Assembly: GCA_044360755.1 (NCBI GenBank)
Contig: JBIKJV010000379.1
Span: 1 to 60,447, forward strand
Direction: 5' to 3'
Source: Phycisphaerales bacterium
GTDB lineage: Bacteria; Planctomycetota; Phycisphaerae; Phycisphaerales; SM1A02
DNA: 60,447 nt
The notes beneath the pieces are model-generated. The model saw nothing but the letters and a program-made list of their open reading frames with translations. It had not been told where the DNA came from and made no database searches. The translations under genes were made by a program, and so were the position numbers. Positions within the stretch are counted from its first letter, which is position 1, and the number at the start of each line of letters is the position of its first letter. Below are positions 27,901 to 36,100 of this stretch, piece after piece.

Positions 27901-29742
27901 ACGGTCTTTGTTACTGCTGTCTGCGAGTTGAGATTCAATGACTTCGTTAAGTTCAACCTTGGTGAAATTTTTCTGATCTTGTCGCTTGCCTGCTGCATCT
28001 GCCAATGTAGCGTTGATACCACCGGTGTTGCCTGTGGCTCGAGCAATCTCGACGTAGTCGTCTACAGCGGCATCCTGATCCGGCAGAGCTTCCTGCTGGA
28101 CTAAACGCAGTGTCGTATTGGGTTTTATCGGGGTTTTTTCTTGACGTCGAGTTTGTTCTGCTTTTACGAGGCCGTACTCTGCATCACTAAGATCAACGTT
28201 AGTAAGTTCAGTCTTAAGCTGATCGTCTGTTAGCGCACTAACTTTTTCTGGTGTAACCGCTCCACGAGTTAAAGTAGTTACAGTGGTAGATGGTTGGCCG
28301 GCGGTGTTTGGAAGAAGACCAACTTGTTGAAGTGGGGCTCCAGTTGTTGCGGCACCTCCACCCACTGCTCCTGCGAGAGAAGCATCTGATCCTGCAGCTC
28401 CCAGAGTTCCCGGAACGACAGCGCCCCCGACTCCCACGCTTCCTGCAGGCTGCTGTACAGTAGAAACTGCTGCGCCACGGGGACTCCTTGCTCGAATGAT
28501 CGCGCCAATAGTGTCAGTAGCAAACTTGAATTTGTTTTCGGACAGCGCGTTGAGGATGGGTTCGGCTTCTTCAGAGGTAGGATCAATACCCTTAGCCACC
28601 ATGTAGTCGTAAATACTACGCGACTTCTTTGTCGGTTTAATATTCAGTTCGTTAAGCGCTTCGTCTGTCTTGCTAAAAATTGACGGCGTAGTATCGGCAG
28701 CCTCTGTGGTAGGCGCAGTCAGATCAGTAGGGGCAGCAGCACTTGTAGTCGTCGTAGCAACAGGCGCGGTAACTTCAGCCGTAGAAGTATCTGCTGGCGC
28801 AGTCAAATCAGTTTCCTGACTCACCAACGATGTCGTTGTTGGCTGTGCAGCAGGGGCGGTTGCAGAAATATCAAGCCCGGTAGGAGCTTGAGCTGGCGGA
28901 ACCGGAGTCTCTGGCTGAGTTAAATCAATCTCGCCTTGGGCTGGGCGCGTACCGGCGACAGCAGAAAGCCCTGCACGAATAGCGCCACCACCCAAGAAGG
29001 CCTTGGCACCAGCCACACCATATTCATCAAAGGCTTCGGGGCCGGTAAGTGTCTTATACGCACCATAACGTTCCAACGCTGTCTGTGGAATTTCAGTAAT
29101 TGTTTCTTCTACGCCGCCACGAAGGGCCTGTCGGCTCAACGCGCCCCACAGACTTTCACCAGCTTCACGGGCTAAAAACTGAGTACCTTGACCGGCAATC
29201 TTTCCGGCAATACGTTCGGCACCACCAAAACGCTCTAGGGCTGCAGCTGGGATGGTAGCTCCCAAGGCGCGTGGACGATCATCAATACCAGCCTCACGCT
29301 GTTCCGACCGAATACCGCCGTATGTCTGAGCTACGATGGGCGCTAAACCGCCTACCAAACCGCCAAGCTGCTGGCCGCCAATAATACCTAAAGGGCCAAG
29401 AGGGGTGCCAAGAAAGCCGCCTATAGCGCGGCCAGCTAACTGACCACCAACGGCCAAGCCGACTTGAGGGACAATTTCGCCAACAGCTTCGCGTGCTGTG
29501 GTAAACGGACGACTTAAGACATCCTGAAACGACTGAATTTCGCTAGGATTGCGGCGAACAACACCCGCACCATAACTCTCCAAAGCACCGCCGGTGTCTT
29601 CCAAGCCAACATCACGCAGGGTAGAACCAAGGCCAGAAGCAAACTGCCCAGAGGCGCGTCTTACATCTGACAAAACTCCGGGGGCATTGGGCTTCTCAGG
29701 GTTGAAGAGGTTGTTGTTTACAGCGTCCCAAATGCCAGCCAT
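21916..29742 (-). CDS. giant virion-associated polyvalent/ejection protein (2608 aa)
   Basis: SD AAGGATG. Gly-zipper N-terminus, T/A/P linkers, sigma region-4-like HTH (~27760-27912), UvrD/PcrA-type Tudor (~27059-27208), HEVGAH (~26458-26487), LHEVQHWIQ zincin-like module (~25560-25960), hydrophobic C-terminal third. Confidence 0.8.
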   Translation of the reverse strand: MAGIWDAVNNNLFNPEKPNAPGVLSDVRRASGQFASGLGSTLRDVGLEDTGGALESYGAGVVRRNPSEIQSFQDVLSRPFTTAREAVGEIVPQVGLAVGGQLAGRAIGGFLGTPLGPLGIIGGQQLGGLVGGLAPIVAQTYGGIRSEQREAGIDDRPRALGATIPAAALERFGGAERIAGKIAGQGTQFLAREAGESLWGALSRQALRGGVEETITEIPQTALERYGAYKTLTGPEAFDEYGVAGAKAFLGGGAIRAGLSAVAGTRPAQGEIDLTQPETPVPPAQAPTGLDISATAPAAQPTTTSLVSQETDLTAPADTSTAEVTAPVATTTTSAAAPTDLTAPTTEAADTTPSIFSKTDEALNELNIKPTKKSRSIYDYMVAKGIDPTSEEAEPILNALSENKFKFATDTIGAIIRARSPRGAAVSTVQQPAGSVGVGGAVVPGTLGAAGSDASLAGAVGGGAATTGAPLQQVGLLPNTAGQPSTTVTTLTRGAVTPEKVSALTDDQLKTELTNVDLSDAEYGLVKAEQTRRQEKTPIKPNTTLRLVQQEALPDQDAAVDDYVEIARATGNTGGINATLADAAGKRQDQKNFTKVELNEVIESQLADSSNKDRDRKIIQAYITARRAVPRGDRVKMQKEIGATFGVDASRVRQIGNPEKLANVAVAMGFDRNQVFTELGIQSTKEAAVDLTQANEAVGEGGIVESENQVISDTAESDVEELADDSREWQKASTAGSQMAVQLVSLADKIAELKVAADELKQFGLPEAEAAAAKRINELTERYTALTTKLTAAKKVPKPTKQPPSTEAAQKAAEEVDMFKEAAKEAEAAKFRAERAAKLAADRKGLEVGDTVVNPKLGTGVVKGFSGDGDATIVTVDFKSGQTKELSVKMAKLEKTNAVQVKSTASVPVQPKTEAGQGVGKQVRRAEKPASQGETQVLTNSEQAAQAWDKVASSYPTAPKFADLTKAQQQNFIGFGPDNWTEDDVNTELTKLAKAGLKFGRDGRVDKPYTAPKLKAEIKNFIRADILGRKLVIVDSVTDLLMSSDKNRQTVGAALMLEGAYGVATPTGQAFLIANRIKQGQGRAKFMHEVGAHLGLENLLPKAAYDKLTQQIVDWAKGDESTIESILAVRAADRVMKAETAQDQKRSEVLAYFIEEAMMAGIDPTAVKNQSGALQTWFRTLWSAFKVALTKLGFKPETLTAQDVVNLAFGAAKLELSGKKTKITADTMKFGFGGVEATGAKTFERRLELVQAQLDTANGVDPETIWKETGWYKGTDNKWRFEFDDSQAKFKQDFKDIDLYTEFKLSDVLDHPELFAQYPELKDVTFEKRKVMMDVWGSTQGWFDPKTKKLVVTPYARDPLSTVLHEVQHWIQSKEKFENGSSPQGSDLSNKAALTKLRNELQKAIDAYDASELESQARKARGERYSSNFDKFVEKNRAADLMGAVDALLANTAELAPMYSKVRALDSEVTRLETAKGVLEKKFKEENKKVNVLKRVANYAEQMKEIRFYSDKIKTISDEHYAANKELKARVVELTDGKDVAHELYRLVAGEAEARNVQSRMGMSFEERVKSFPAATMDVSPENTLTSTGRGGAYLSKERRFEGLPDKANPVLDEKPKAGNTNIDKAIRLLTRASKEKDAAAADALRAEAQKLFDSAAAKMKFGKNAADQSVVQRTIDKLPKPLQKSAREQWTNISTLAKRGLYASAITEDVIGLATKYMPSAAKYLQAQYERQGTRLEFERRIEDILGEFEKLPENLKGVGKGSVNEYIQDSTVQKKWGYYPGEQQVGTTLFETDPDLEERFKAFPPAAQKVIKDVFNHGYEALRLKQKAAEAAVNREFEAREKAAGNDLDLLQGLAKEKAQMLRRMTRLRNVEVSEPYAYLGRYGDYVVVAKSKEFIAYEEAAKGTEARVGADSITGDAQQAKNWLQDNVSNPLHYVVQFAETQGEADSIAADLQATGQYDIQPEDAGIKEASASYAGGSDVHMAVARLRNLANRQSESTDTKLDKAISDLYLMTVAEASARRSELERKNVSGADKNMMRNLATSGRADAHFLANMEHGDAINDALETMRNQARNNRKEAMPLYNELYTRYADSMEYSQPSVLAQNMLRMSTLWHLSTSPAYYLQQALQTSVLSLPYMAGRLGYARSASAIKRAYGDMSYLVSGLGVSDRIDFDKAPADVRFMLEELVRMGKIDIGVDADATARIDDKGPLGKAMFKLQNVNARIEAINRATAAIAAYRGYVDLYKGAPGADGVKFAAEVVSNSHGNYDGFNTPRVMQSGGAKVLLQFKRFQIIQLSMLAKLIHTSFKGASAEERAIARASLKYITAHMAVLGGALGVPFVSQAASILSSVFGDEDEPDDYEYKLRRMIGDGAVADLLLRGVPAALGLESIGKRLAMENVASPFGPFVEFNLTSRADAAQMIVGMMGPSVGLGLKFVDALGMMSKGEYYKGLELALPNGIANLMKGYRFGAEGITMRNGDLVLKPEDISLIDTAFQAVGLPTTTITDRQYTQKVVAEFDKFYSQRAGEIKSSYLKASRQSDAAAMADARTSWQELQDSRAKNGYKRQPLSELLRVPAEARKRERGVVGGVETTKSNRRFVEQVSSVS

Positions 29743-29751
29743 GGTGCATCC

Positions 29752-31248
29752 TTATTTCGGAATTTGATTAATCAGCCCTTGGCGTACGGCTTCACGTTCC
29801 GGAGTTTGTAACCAAGGCAAGCTACCCAAGTCTACCTGACTCTTTGGGTATGTCGCATTGTAAGCGTCAACGTCTTTTTTGGTAAGTGGTTTTTTAGTAG
29901 TCGGATCAATTCCGGCCTGTATTGCTGCTGAAGCAATGGGGGGAGCGTATCCACGACGTACAAAAAACGCAACGCGTTGCTTGTCTATTTCTTCGGGGGT
30001 AGCTTGAGCCTCAATCAGCCCTCCCTCAGCCTTCAACCAAGCTTCGTTATCGGCGTCGCGTACCATGCCTTTCTTAAGTGCCTCAATGGCTGTTGGCACG
30101 TCCTTGTATGTACCTTTCGTAACCAAGCCTTCTGCAGTTTTAACCAGAGCTTCCGGAGAAGAAGACTTGCCGCCGGACTTATAAAGACTGCCCAGAGCAT
30201 TTTGCGTAGCAGCCGTAGCGTTACTGGCTGCAACAGAAGCGTTAGTCTTGAGTACGTCTAAATCATACTGTGCAAGTTGCAAAAACCCACCGGGTTTAGC
30301 TTTGGCGTCAATAATCATGCCCAACTCACGTTCGCTCTTGGCATCAGCAAATACTGAACGAGTACCGTCTTGGTTGACTTGGATGTAGCGAAACGGGTTT
30401 TTCGGGTCACGTTCCAGCTTGAACGAAGTGTTTTGCTCGTCAAACCATTCCAAGGCCGACACCACACCCTTAGCCCTAGACTGACGGTAGCCCTCTTCAA
30501 ACTTTTTAGCCTGCAACGTAATGTTGTTTAGCTCAGTTGTAGTGTAGCTAGCTTGCAACCGCTGACGCTCTTCCACCCCTTGAGTCCGCTCAATCAAATC
30601 AAGAATGGCGTTAGTCCGGTCTTCAGGCTTTTCGAATTTTTGTTTGTTAATTTCATCAAAACCCGTGTCAAAAGCCTGTTGTTTTTTTTGTTTGCGTAGA
30701 GCATCTGCAGCTTGAATCTCGGCCAACGTCCCTTGCGTTCTAGCGCCTGCGGTTTGAACATTCTGCAGCTCAATAGCCCCTTCTAATCTCTGTCTTTCAA
30801 GGGGATACATTTCGTCTTGTCGTTTTGCGAGGTCAATTTCTCGACGCATACGCAAACCCGCAGCAGGATCACGTTCAGCAATAACATCGGCCATTGCATA
30901 TTGTCTAACCCGATCAATTTCTTGTTGCGAGGGCGCGCGGTCAAACATCTGCTGGCCGACCTGATAGCGGCTCAAACCAATTCTCTGACCTTGAACTGGC
31001 ATTTGAGGCGCGTAGTTCACCTGCTCTTGGGGAGTCAAGCCAAACATCTCGGCATCTTGAGCTGCCATTGCTTGCGCTTCTGCACGAGCCCGGCCAATTT
31101 CGTCAGGCGTAGCTTCACGCTGTTGAACTTCCTTGGCAGTCAGAGCTTTTGCTTCTCGGATGCCGAGCTGCTCTTTACTTTGGTTGTAGGCGTCAAGGAT
31201 GCCTTGACCTAAACGTTCTCCGGCTTGAAGACCTGCTGCAAATCCCAT
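29752..31248 (-). CDS. putative internal virion/ejection protein (coiled-coil rich)
   Basis: 498-aa ORF with GGAGG SD. Position between two ejection-type proteins. No enzymatic motif seen. Confidence 0.55.
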   Translation of the reverse strand: MGFAAGLQAGERLGQGILDAYNQSKEQLGIREAKALTAKEVQQREATPDEIGRARAEAQAMAAQDAEMFGLTPQEQVNYAPQMPVQGQRIGLSRYQVGQQMFDRAPSQQEIDRVRQYAMADVIAERDPAAGLRMRREIDLAKRQDEMYPLERQRLEGAIELQNVQTAGARTQGTLAEIQAADALRKQKKQQAFDTGFDEINKQKFEKPEDRTNAILDLIERTQGVEERQRLQASYTTTELNNITLQAKKFEEGYRQSRAKGVVSALEWFDEQNTSFKLERDPKNPFRYIQVNQDGTRSVFADAKSERELGMIIDAKAKPGGFLQLAQYDLDVLKTNASVAASNATAATQNALGSLYKSGGKSSSPEALVKTAEGLVTKGTYKDVPTAIEALKKGMVRDADNEAWLKAEGGLIEAQATPEEIDKQRVAFFVRRGYAPPIASAAIQAGIDPTTKKPLTKKDVDAYNATYPKSQVDLGSLPWLQTPEREAVRQGLINQIPK

Positions 31249-31250
31249 GA

Positions 31251-32288
31251 TTAAACCTCCAACATCCGAATGCCGAGACCGGCGTAGTTAACTGCTTTGT
31301 ACCCGTCAGGTCTTGTAACAACCATCCGCGGGAACTTCTTCTCAACTTCATCAGCCATAACGCCAATAAAGCGTCTGCCAGTACCGTTTCTATATTCAAA
31401 CTCATAAAGCGGCAACTTGGTACGCTCGTCGCGACCAACAACTTTAATGTTCTCTTTCAAGCGGCGATCAGAGCCGCCCATCATAAATGGCAGTGCAGCA
31501 GCACCAAGCTTGCCGCCAGCGCCAACAAGTCCACCGATCATTTCGCCTTGAGCGTTCAAGCCTGCATTAAATGCACTTGTCTGCGAATTCAGGATGTTGC
31601 CTTGACCAGTGATACCCATCTGAGCGCCAGCTAGGGAGTAGCCAGCACCTTGGCCAAATGATCGGCTAAACTGATCCCCCGGAGCCATTGCAGAAGTGAG
31701 ACCGGTAGAACCTGCAGCGGTAGCCGCACTATAAGCTCCAGTCGAAGCGCCAGCCAAATTACGACCCAAGCCGGTGACGTCCATGCTACGAGCAAAACCA
31801 ATGCCTTCAGCTTGTCGACGGGCGTTGGTAGCTGCACCCGCAGTCATACTTGCAAGGTTTATAGCGTTTTGGTTTCTTAGCATCAGCCCGGCACCTGAAG
31901 AAGGGTTAAGACCTCGACGAGCCATCTCACGATTGCTAACACCCTGCGCAGTTTGGAACGCGTTTGCTGCGTCGGCAGCGGCTTGGGCAGCGATCTGGGC
32001 TCTGTTACCCTCGGTGTTGTAATTCTGCACTTGGGCTACTAGCCCAGTCTCCATCGGGCGGAACGTTCGCAGCTGGTAATCGTAGTAATCCTGCGCCTGC
32101 TTCATCTGCTGTTCCTGCGCAGCCATCTGCTGGGTGTAGACTCGTTCAGCCAGAGGTTTCATTTCCTCGTACTGACGCTGTGCGAAGTCCATTTGACGAT
32201 TGCCCAAACGCTCAGCCGTAGCGATGCCTTTTTCTGTGGCAGCGGTCATAGCCGAATAGTCTGGTGCTGGTTGCGATTTTCCGCCCAT
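31251..32288 (-). CDS. Gly/Ala/Gln-rich virion protein with C-terminal S74-type intramolecular chaperone domain
   Basis: ATG 32288 with AAGGAG SD. C-terminus GGSDRRLKENIKVVG...YEFEY...GVMADEV matches the Peptidase_S74 chaperone signature (~31251-31478). Confidence 0.65.
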   Translation of the reverse strand: MGGKSQPAPDYSAMTAATEKGIATAERLGNRQMDFAQRQYEEMKPLAERVYTQQMAAQEQQMKQAQDYYDYQLRTFRPMETGLVAQVQNYNTEGNRAQIAAQAAADAANAFQTAQGVSNREMARRGLNPSSGAGLMLRNQNAINLASMTAGAATNARRQAEGIGFARSMDVTGLGRNLAGASTGAYSAATAAGSTGLTSAMAPGDQFSRSFGQGAGYSLAGAQMGITGQGNILNSQTSAFNAGLNAQGEMIGGLVGAGGKLGAAALPFMMGGSDRRLKENIKVVGRDERTKLPLYEFEYRNGTGRRFIGVMADEVEKKFPRMVVTRPDGYKAVNYAGLGIRMLEV

Positions 32289-32290
32289 AT

Positions 32291-32707
32291 TTACTCCTTG
32301 CGCAGCCAACGACAGGTGTCAGGCCGCATTACCAAAATCTGCATGTCAGCGCCGGGAGCGCCGTCTTTCATTACGAACTCTTCCTCAAACCCTAGATGCT
32401 TATCGAATTCTATGATATGCGGTTCATTTGTGGGCACCATACCAGTGAGTCTTTTTAACTGGCAGTGGTTAAATGCGTAGTTGCACACATGCTCGAAGAG
32501 GGGGATGATCTGCTTCGTCTGCCGTGCGATGGCTATATGACACGTAGCGTTGGAACCATTGTAGTTGTTTATGACTACTCCGGCTAGAACCTCGTCACCT
32601 TGCATGACACCAAGCGCATAGAAACTACCCCAGTCTGCGCCCTGACCGACGCGCTCAGCAACCCAAGCGCCAATACGATCCTTCTGGTCAAAGACAAGTT
32701 CTGCCAT
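32291..32707 (-). CDS. GNAT-fold acetyltransferase-like protein
   Basis: ATG 32707 (the track start at 32743 is TTG). NYAFNHCQLKRLTGMVPTNEPHIIEFDKHLGFEEEFVMKD resembles the RimJ/L-type GNAT C-terminal half. AcCoA motif not clear. Confidence 0.5.
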   Translation of the reverse strand: MAELVFDQKDRIGAWVAERVGQGADWGSFYALGVMQGDEVLAGVVINNYNGSNATCHIAIARQTKQIIPLFEHVCNYAFNHCQLKRLTGMVPTNEPHIIEFDKHLGFEEEFVMKDGAPGADMQILVMRPDTCRWLRKE

Positions 32708-32721
32708 GTGCGTATTATGTC

Positions 32722-33153
32722 TTATTGCGGTGGAGTTGGCCAAGTGATTTCTGTAGGATAACCTGCCTGCGCAGTAATGTCACGCAACTCTTGGCGGTAG
32801 GTTGCCCAAGCTGTCTTGGTAGAGATCGGAACATCGGGTAACTGAGTCCAGTCACTGGCAACTAATTTAGCCTTACGTTCCATAAGCACTGCCCTTGTCA
32901 GCTGCTGCAGTTCCCTTTGTGCGATGGCCGCAGTCTGTGCGGCTTCTAACGCGGCTTGGTCTGGATTTGATTCCCAGCACAGCGTGGTTGTGTTCCAGAT
33001 GTCAAACTCAGAGGCTTTGGTTATGTAGTTCTCAGGGGGTTCGCCATTTCGCAGATACCAGCCGGAGGCATCAATGCCCTCGACCATGCGTTCGGAGCTA
33101 AAGCCCGTGTTTACCAGTGGGCCGTTTTCGCCATCCGTGTAATAGAAATGCAT
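32722..33153 (-). CDS. tail fibre assembly (chaperone) protein
   Basis: C-terminus SDWTQLPDVPISTKTAWATYRQELRDITAQAGYPTEITWPTPP is typical of Tfa/gpU'-like chaperones. Sits immediately downstream of the fibre gene. Confidence 0.7.
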   Translation of the reverse strand: MHFYYTDGENGPLVNTGFSSERMVEGIDASGWYLRNGEPPENYITKASEFDIWNTTTLCWESNPDQAALEAAQTAAIAQRELQQLTRAVLMERKAKLVASDWTQLPDVPISTKTAWATYRQELRDITAQAGYPTEITWPTPPQ

Positions 33154-33154
33154 G

Positions 33155-36100
33155 TTACTTCCTAATGATCTCTACACCAAGCCAAGCGTTGACGTTTGGG
33201 TTAGCCCCGCCGTCAGACCTTTGCGCCAATACCCGTGCGTATTTATACACGCTGGTCACATAGTTGGGGCGACGTACCGTCCACAGAGCCCCCTCAGTGC
33301 TATTTGCGATTTCAGTAGCAGTGTTTACAAAGTAAGCTGCAAAACCTTCTAGACCTCCGGTATCGGTACAAGTCACATTCAGCGTTGCGATTTGATTGGG
33401 GCCGTTAGTTGTATACGTCAACACATTGGGTGTAGTGTATGACCAAGCGAAAGAGGACAGATTAACTACACCTGACTGTGGTGTTCCAAAATTGCCAGAA
33501 CTAAGAATGTCGTCCGCACAATAATACAGCCTATAGGTTCCAGCATTAGGAATCAAAAACACGAACTGCATGGTTACAGTTCCGAAAGAGTTATTTGCTG
33601 GCCATACAGACAGTTCCGTTAGAAGTGCTCGCGTTCTATCAGCTGTGCCCCACCAGTAACCTCTTGTTGGCGCTCCATACGTAACAGGCGCTAATCGAAT
33701 GGGAGCAGCATTTGTAAATACAACCTGAGCATACGACACGTATGGATTCTCAGGATCGTAGCTTATAGACGTAAATGATTCATTAACTGTAGTCCATGTC
33801 GTGGCATCGGTACTGATCTGCAGTTTGTAGTTATCTAGTATCGATGTATTAGCAGCACCGGGTGATAGAGGTTGCACCATTAGCTTAAGGAATGCGCCGT
33901 CTTGTGCTGCAGAACTAAAATCAATAAAACCAATCTGTCGTAAGGACAGATCGGAAAATGGCCACGTATTTTCTAGCTCAACAATGGCTGAAAACGTAAT
34001 AGCGCCGCCAACAATCTGCAGCCTACCAACAGCCAACTCAGCGATCTTTGCGCTACCAATAGAAGCCGCAGGAACTTCGATATCACCGCGGGCAACAATA
34101 TTTTGAAACACAGCTTTACCAGAAACGCCGTTACCTTTGGCTACCGCCCAGCCCACAGTACCGTTATCAGTAATGTTGCCGTTTCCATCGATCGTGCCGT
34201 TAAAGTCCGAAGACGCAATAAAGTTCCCGATCTTGGCGTTTGAAACTGCGGCAGTACCGATCTTTGCATTTGTGATGGAGGCATCAGCAATATACGCTTC
34301 GCCAATGGCTGCACTAGCAATATAGGTGCTAATGTTGGCTGACGTAATCGAGCTTAAATAGGCAAAGTTTCCAAACGATGGGATGTTTGTGATCTGGGTG
34401 CTCCAGTTAACACTGCTCGCAGTAGCCAATGTACCGAGGCCAGTAACGCTAGAAGCAGCAACTGTGTTTGCAGTAGCCAACGAACCAAGACCTGTCACGC
34501 TGGAGGCAGCAACTGTGTCGGCAGTAGCCAACGAGCCGAGACCTGTAACGCTAGTAGCAGCGACTGTGTTTGCAGTAGCCAATGAGCCGAGGCCAGTAAT
34601 ATTAGTTGTGCTGAGCGGCGTACCAGCTGCAAAGATGATGTTTCCGTTAGAGTCCTTAATACTCAATCCACGGGTGTCGATCTGGGACGCAACTAATTGA
34701 CCGCGAATAGCTGCAGCGCCAAACTCAGCAACGCCGTTACCGTCAACTCGCCAGCCAGCATTACCAGCAACAAAGTTAGAAGACTGGATGTACTGGCCGA
34801 CACTAATTGAGCCAGCAATAATTTTGTCAGCAGTCAGACTGGTTATTTTTGCGCTGTCTACAGCAAGGTCAGCGATCTTAGCATTAGTGATTGTGCCGTT
34901 TTGGATGTAGCCATCAGTGATATACACGCCAGCGGGGACGGTTTGACCGCCAATTTCTGTTTCCGCAGTTCGCACAATGAAAGGCATTGTGGGTGTAATG
35001 CCCGGGCCACTAGGGCTAGCAATGTAGAACGAGTCAGCACGAACAGCAAAAGTACTAGTTGCTCCAGCAGTGTTAGCTGTAGATGCTAGACCAAAGCCAG
35101 AAACATAACCATTGAGGTCGACCTTAACTGTGTACCTACCTTCAAGATTCTCACCACTTGATTTTGTAAAGTAGTTGGCCTGTAGTGCAGCAGTCGTCGT
35201 GTAGTTGTCTAACGTGCTACTAGAGACAAAAGTTGTTGTAGCGTTGGTAATCGCAGAATCTGTGGCGGTCTTGGTGTAGTAGTCACTTGAGAGTGTGGCT
35301 GTTGTTGCGTAGTTACCAAGTGCAGAATTAAGGCCAGTCTCTGACACCAAATAAAGCGTGGCGTTACTAATTGCTGAATCGGTAGCTGTCTTAGTGTAGT
35401 AGTCGTTTGTTAAAGTCGCAGTTGATGTGTAGCTACCGAGGGTGTTGTTGAGCGCGGTTTCGGATACCAATCCAGTAGTTGCTACACTGATCGCCGAGTC
35501 AGTTGCGGTCTTGGTGTAGTAATCGTTGGACAGCGTAGCTGTTGTGGCGTAATTGCCCAACGTATTGTTTAGGTTCGTTGATGTAACCAGATCGAGCGTA
35601 GCTTGACTAATAGCACTGTCAGTCGCTGTCTTGGTGTAATAGTTGTTTGTTAAATCTGCTGACGAGGCATAGGTAGCCAACGCGCTGTCTAAAGCGGTAT
35701 TTGATACCAAGAACTGCGTAGCGGATGTAATCGCTGAGTCTGTGGCAGATTTTGTGTAGTAGTCGTTAATCAGATTGGCGGTCGTTGTGTACGCGCCAAG
35801 AGCATTGTTCAGCGCAGTCCCTGATACCAATGACGTCGTTGCCGAAGTGATAGCCGAATCCGTTGCTGTCTTTGTGTAGTAGTTGTTAGTAAGACTTGCA
35901 ACAGTAGCGGGCAGACCAGTTGTAGCGTCATTTACTTGGTTGTACAAAGTTTGGCGGGCAACAGTCTCCGCCCCAAGGTCGGTTACGATATTTCCGATCT
36001 GAGTTGTATGAGCAGCAACGACCTGACCAAGAGATGTGTAATCGCCGACCTTTGTCCAGTAAGTCGTGTTGGTGGGCAGGTTACCAGTCGTAGCTTGGAT

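Noticed and set aside
21916-29742. Whether the giant virion protein hides an N4-type (T7-like single-subunit) or crAss-type (double-psi beta-barrel) virion RNA polymerase
   Set aside because: I could not find T7-like motifs A/B/C (D...D, RxxxKxxxxxxYG, HDS/A) or a DxDGD-type metal site in a DPBB context. The only GDGD lies inside the Tudor-like module. It is treated as a polyvalent/ejection protein instead. A profile search is still advisable.
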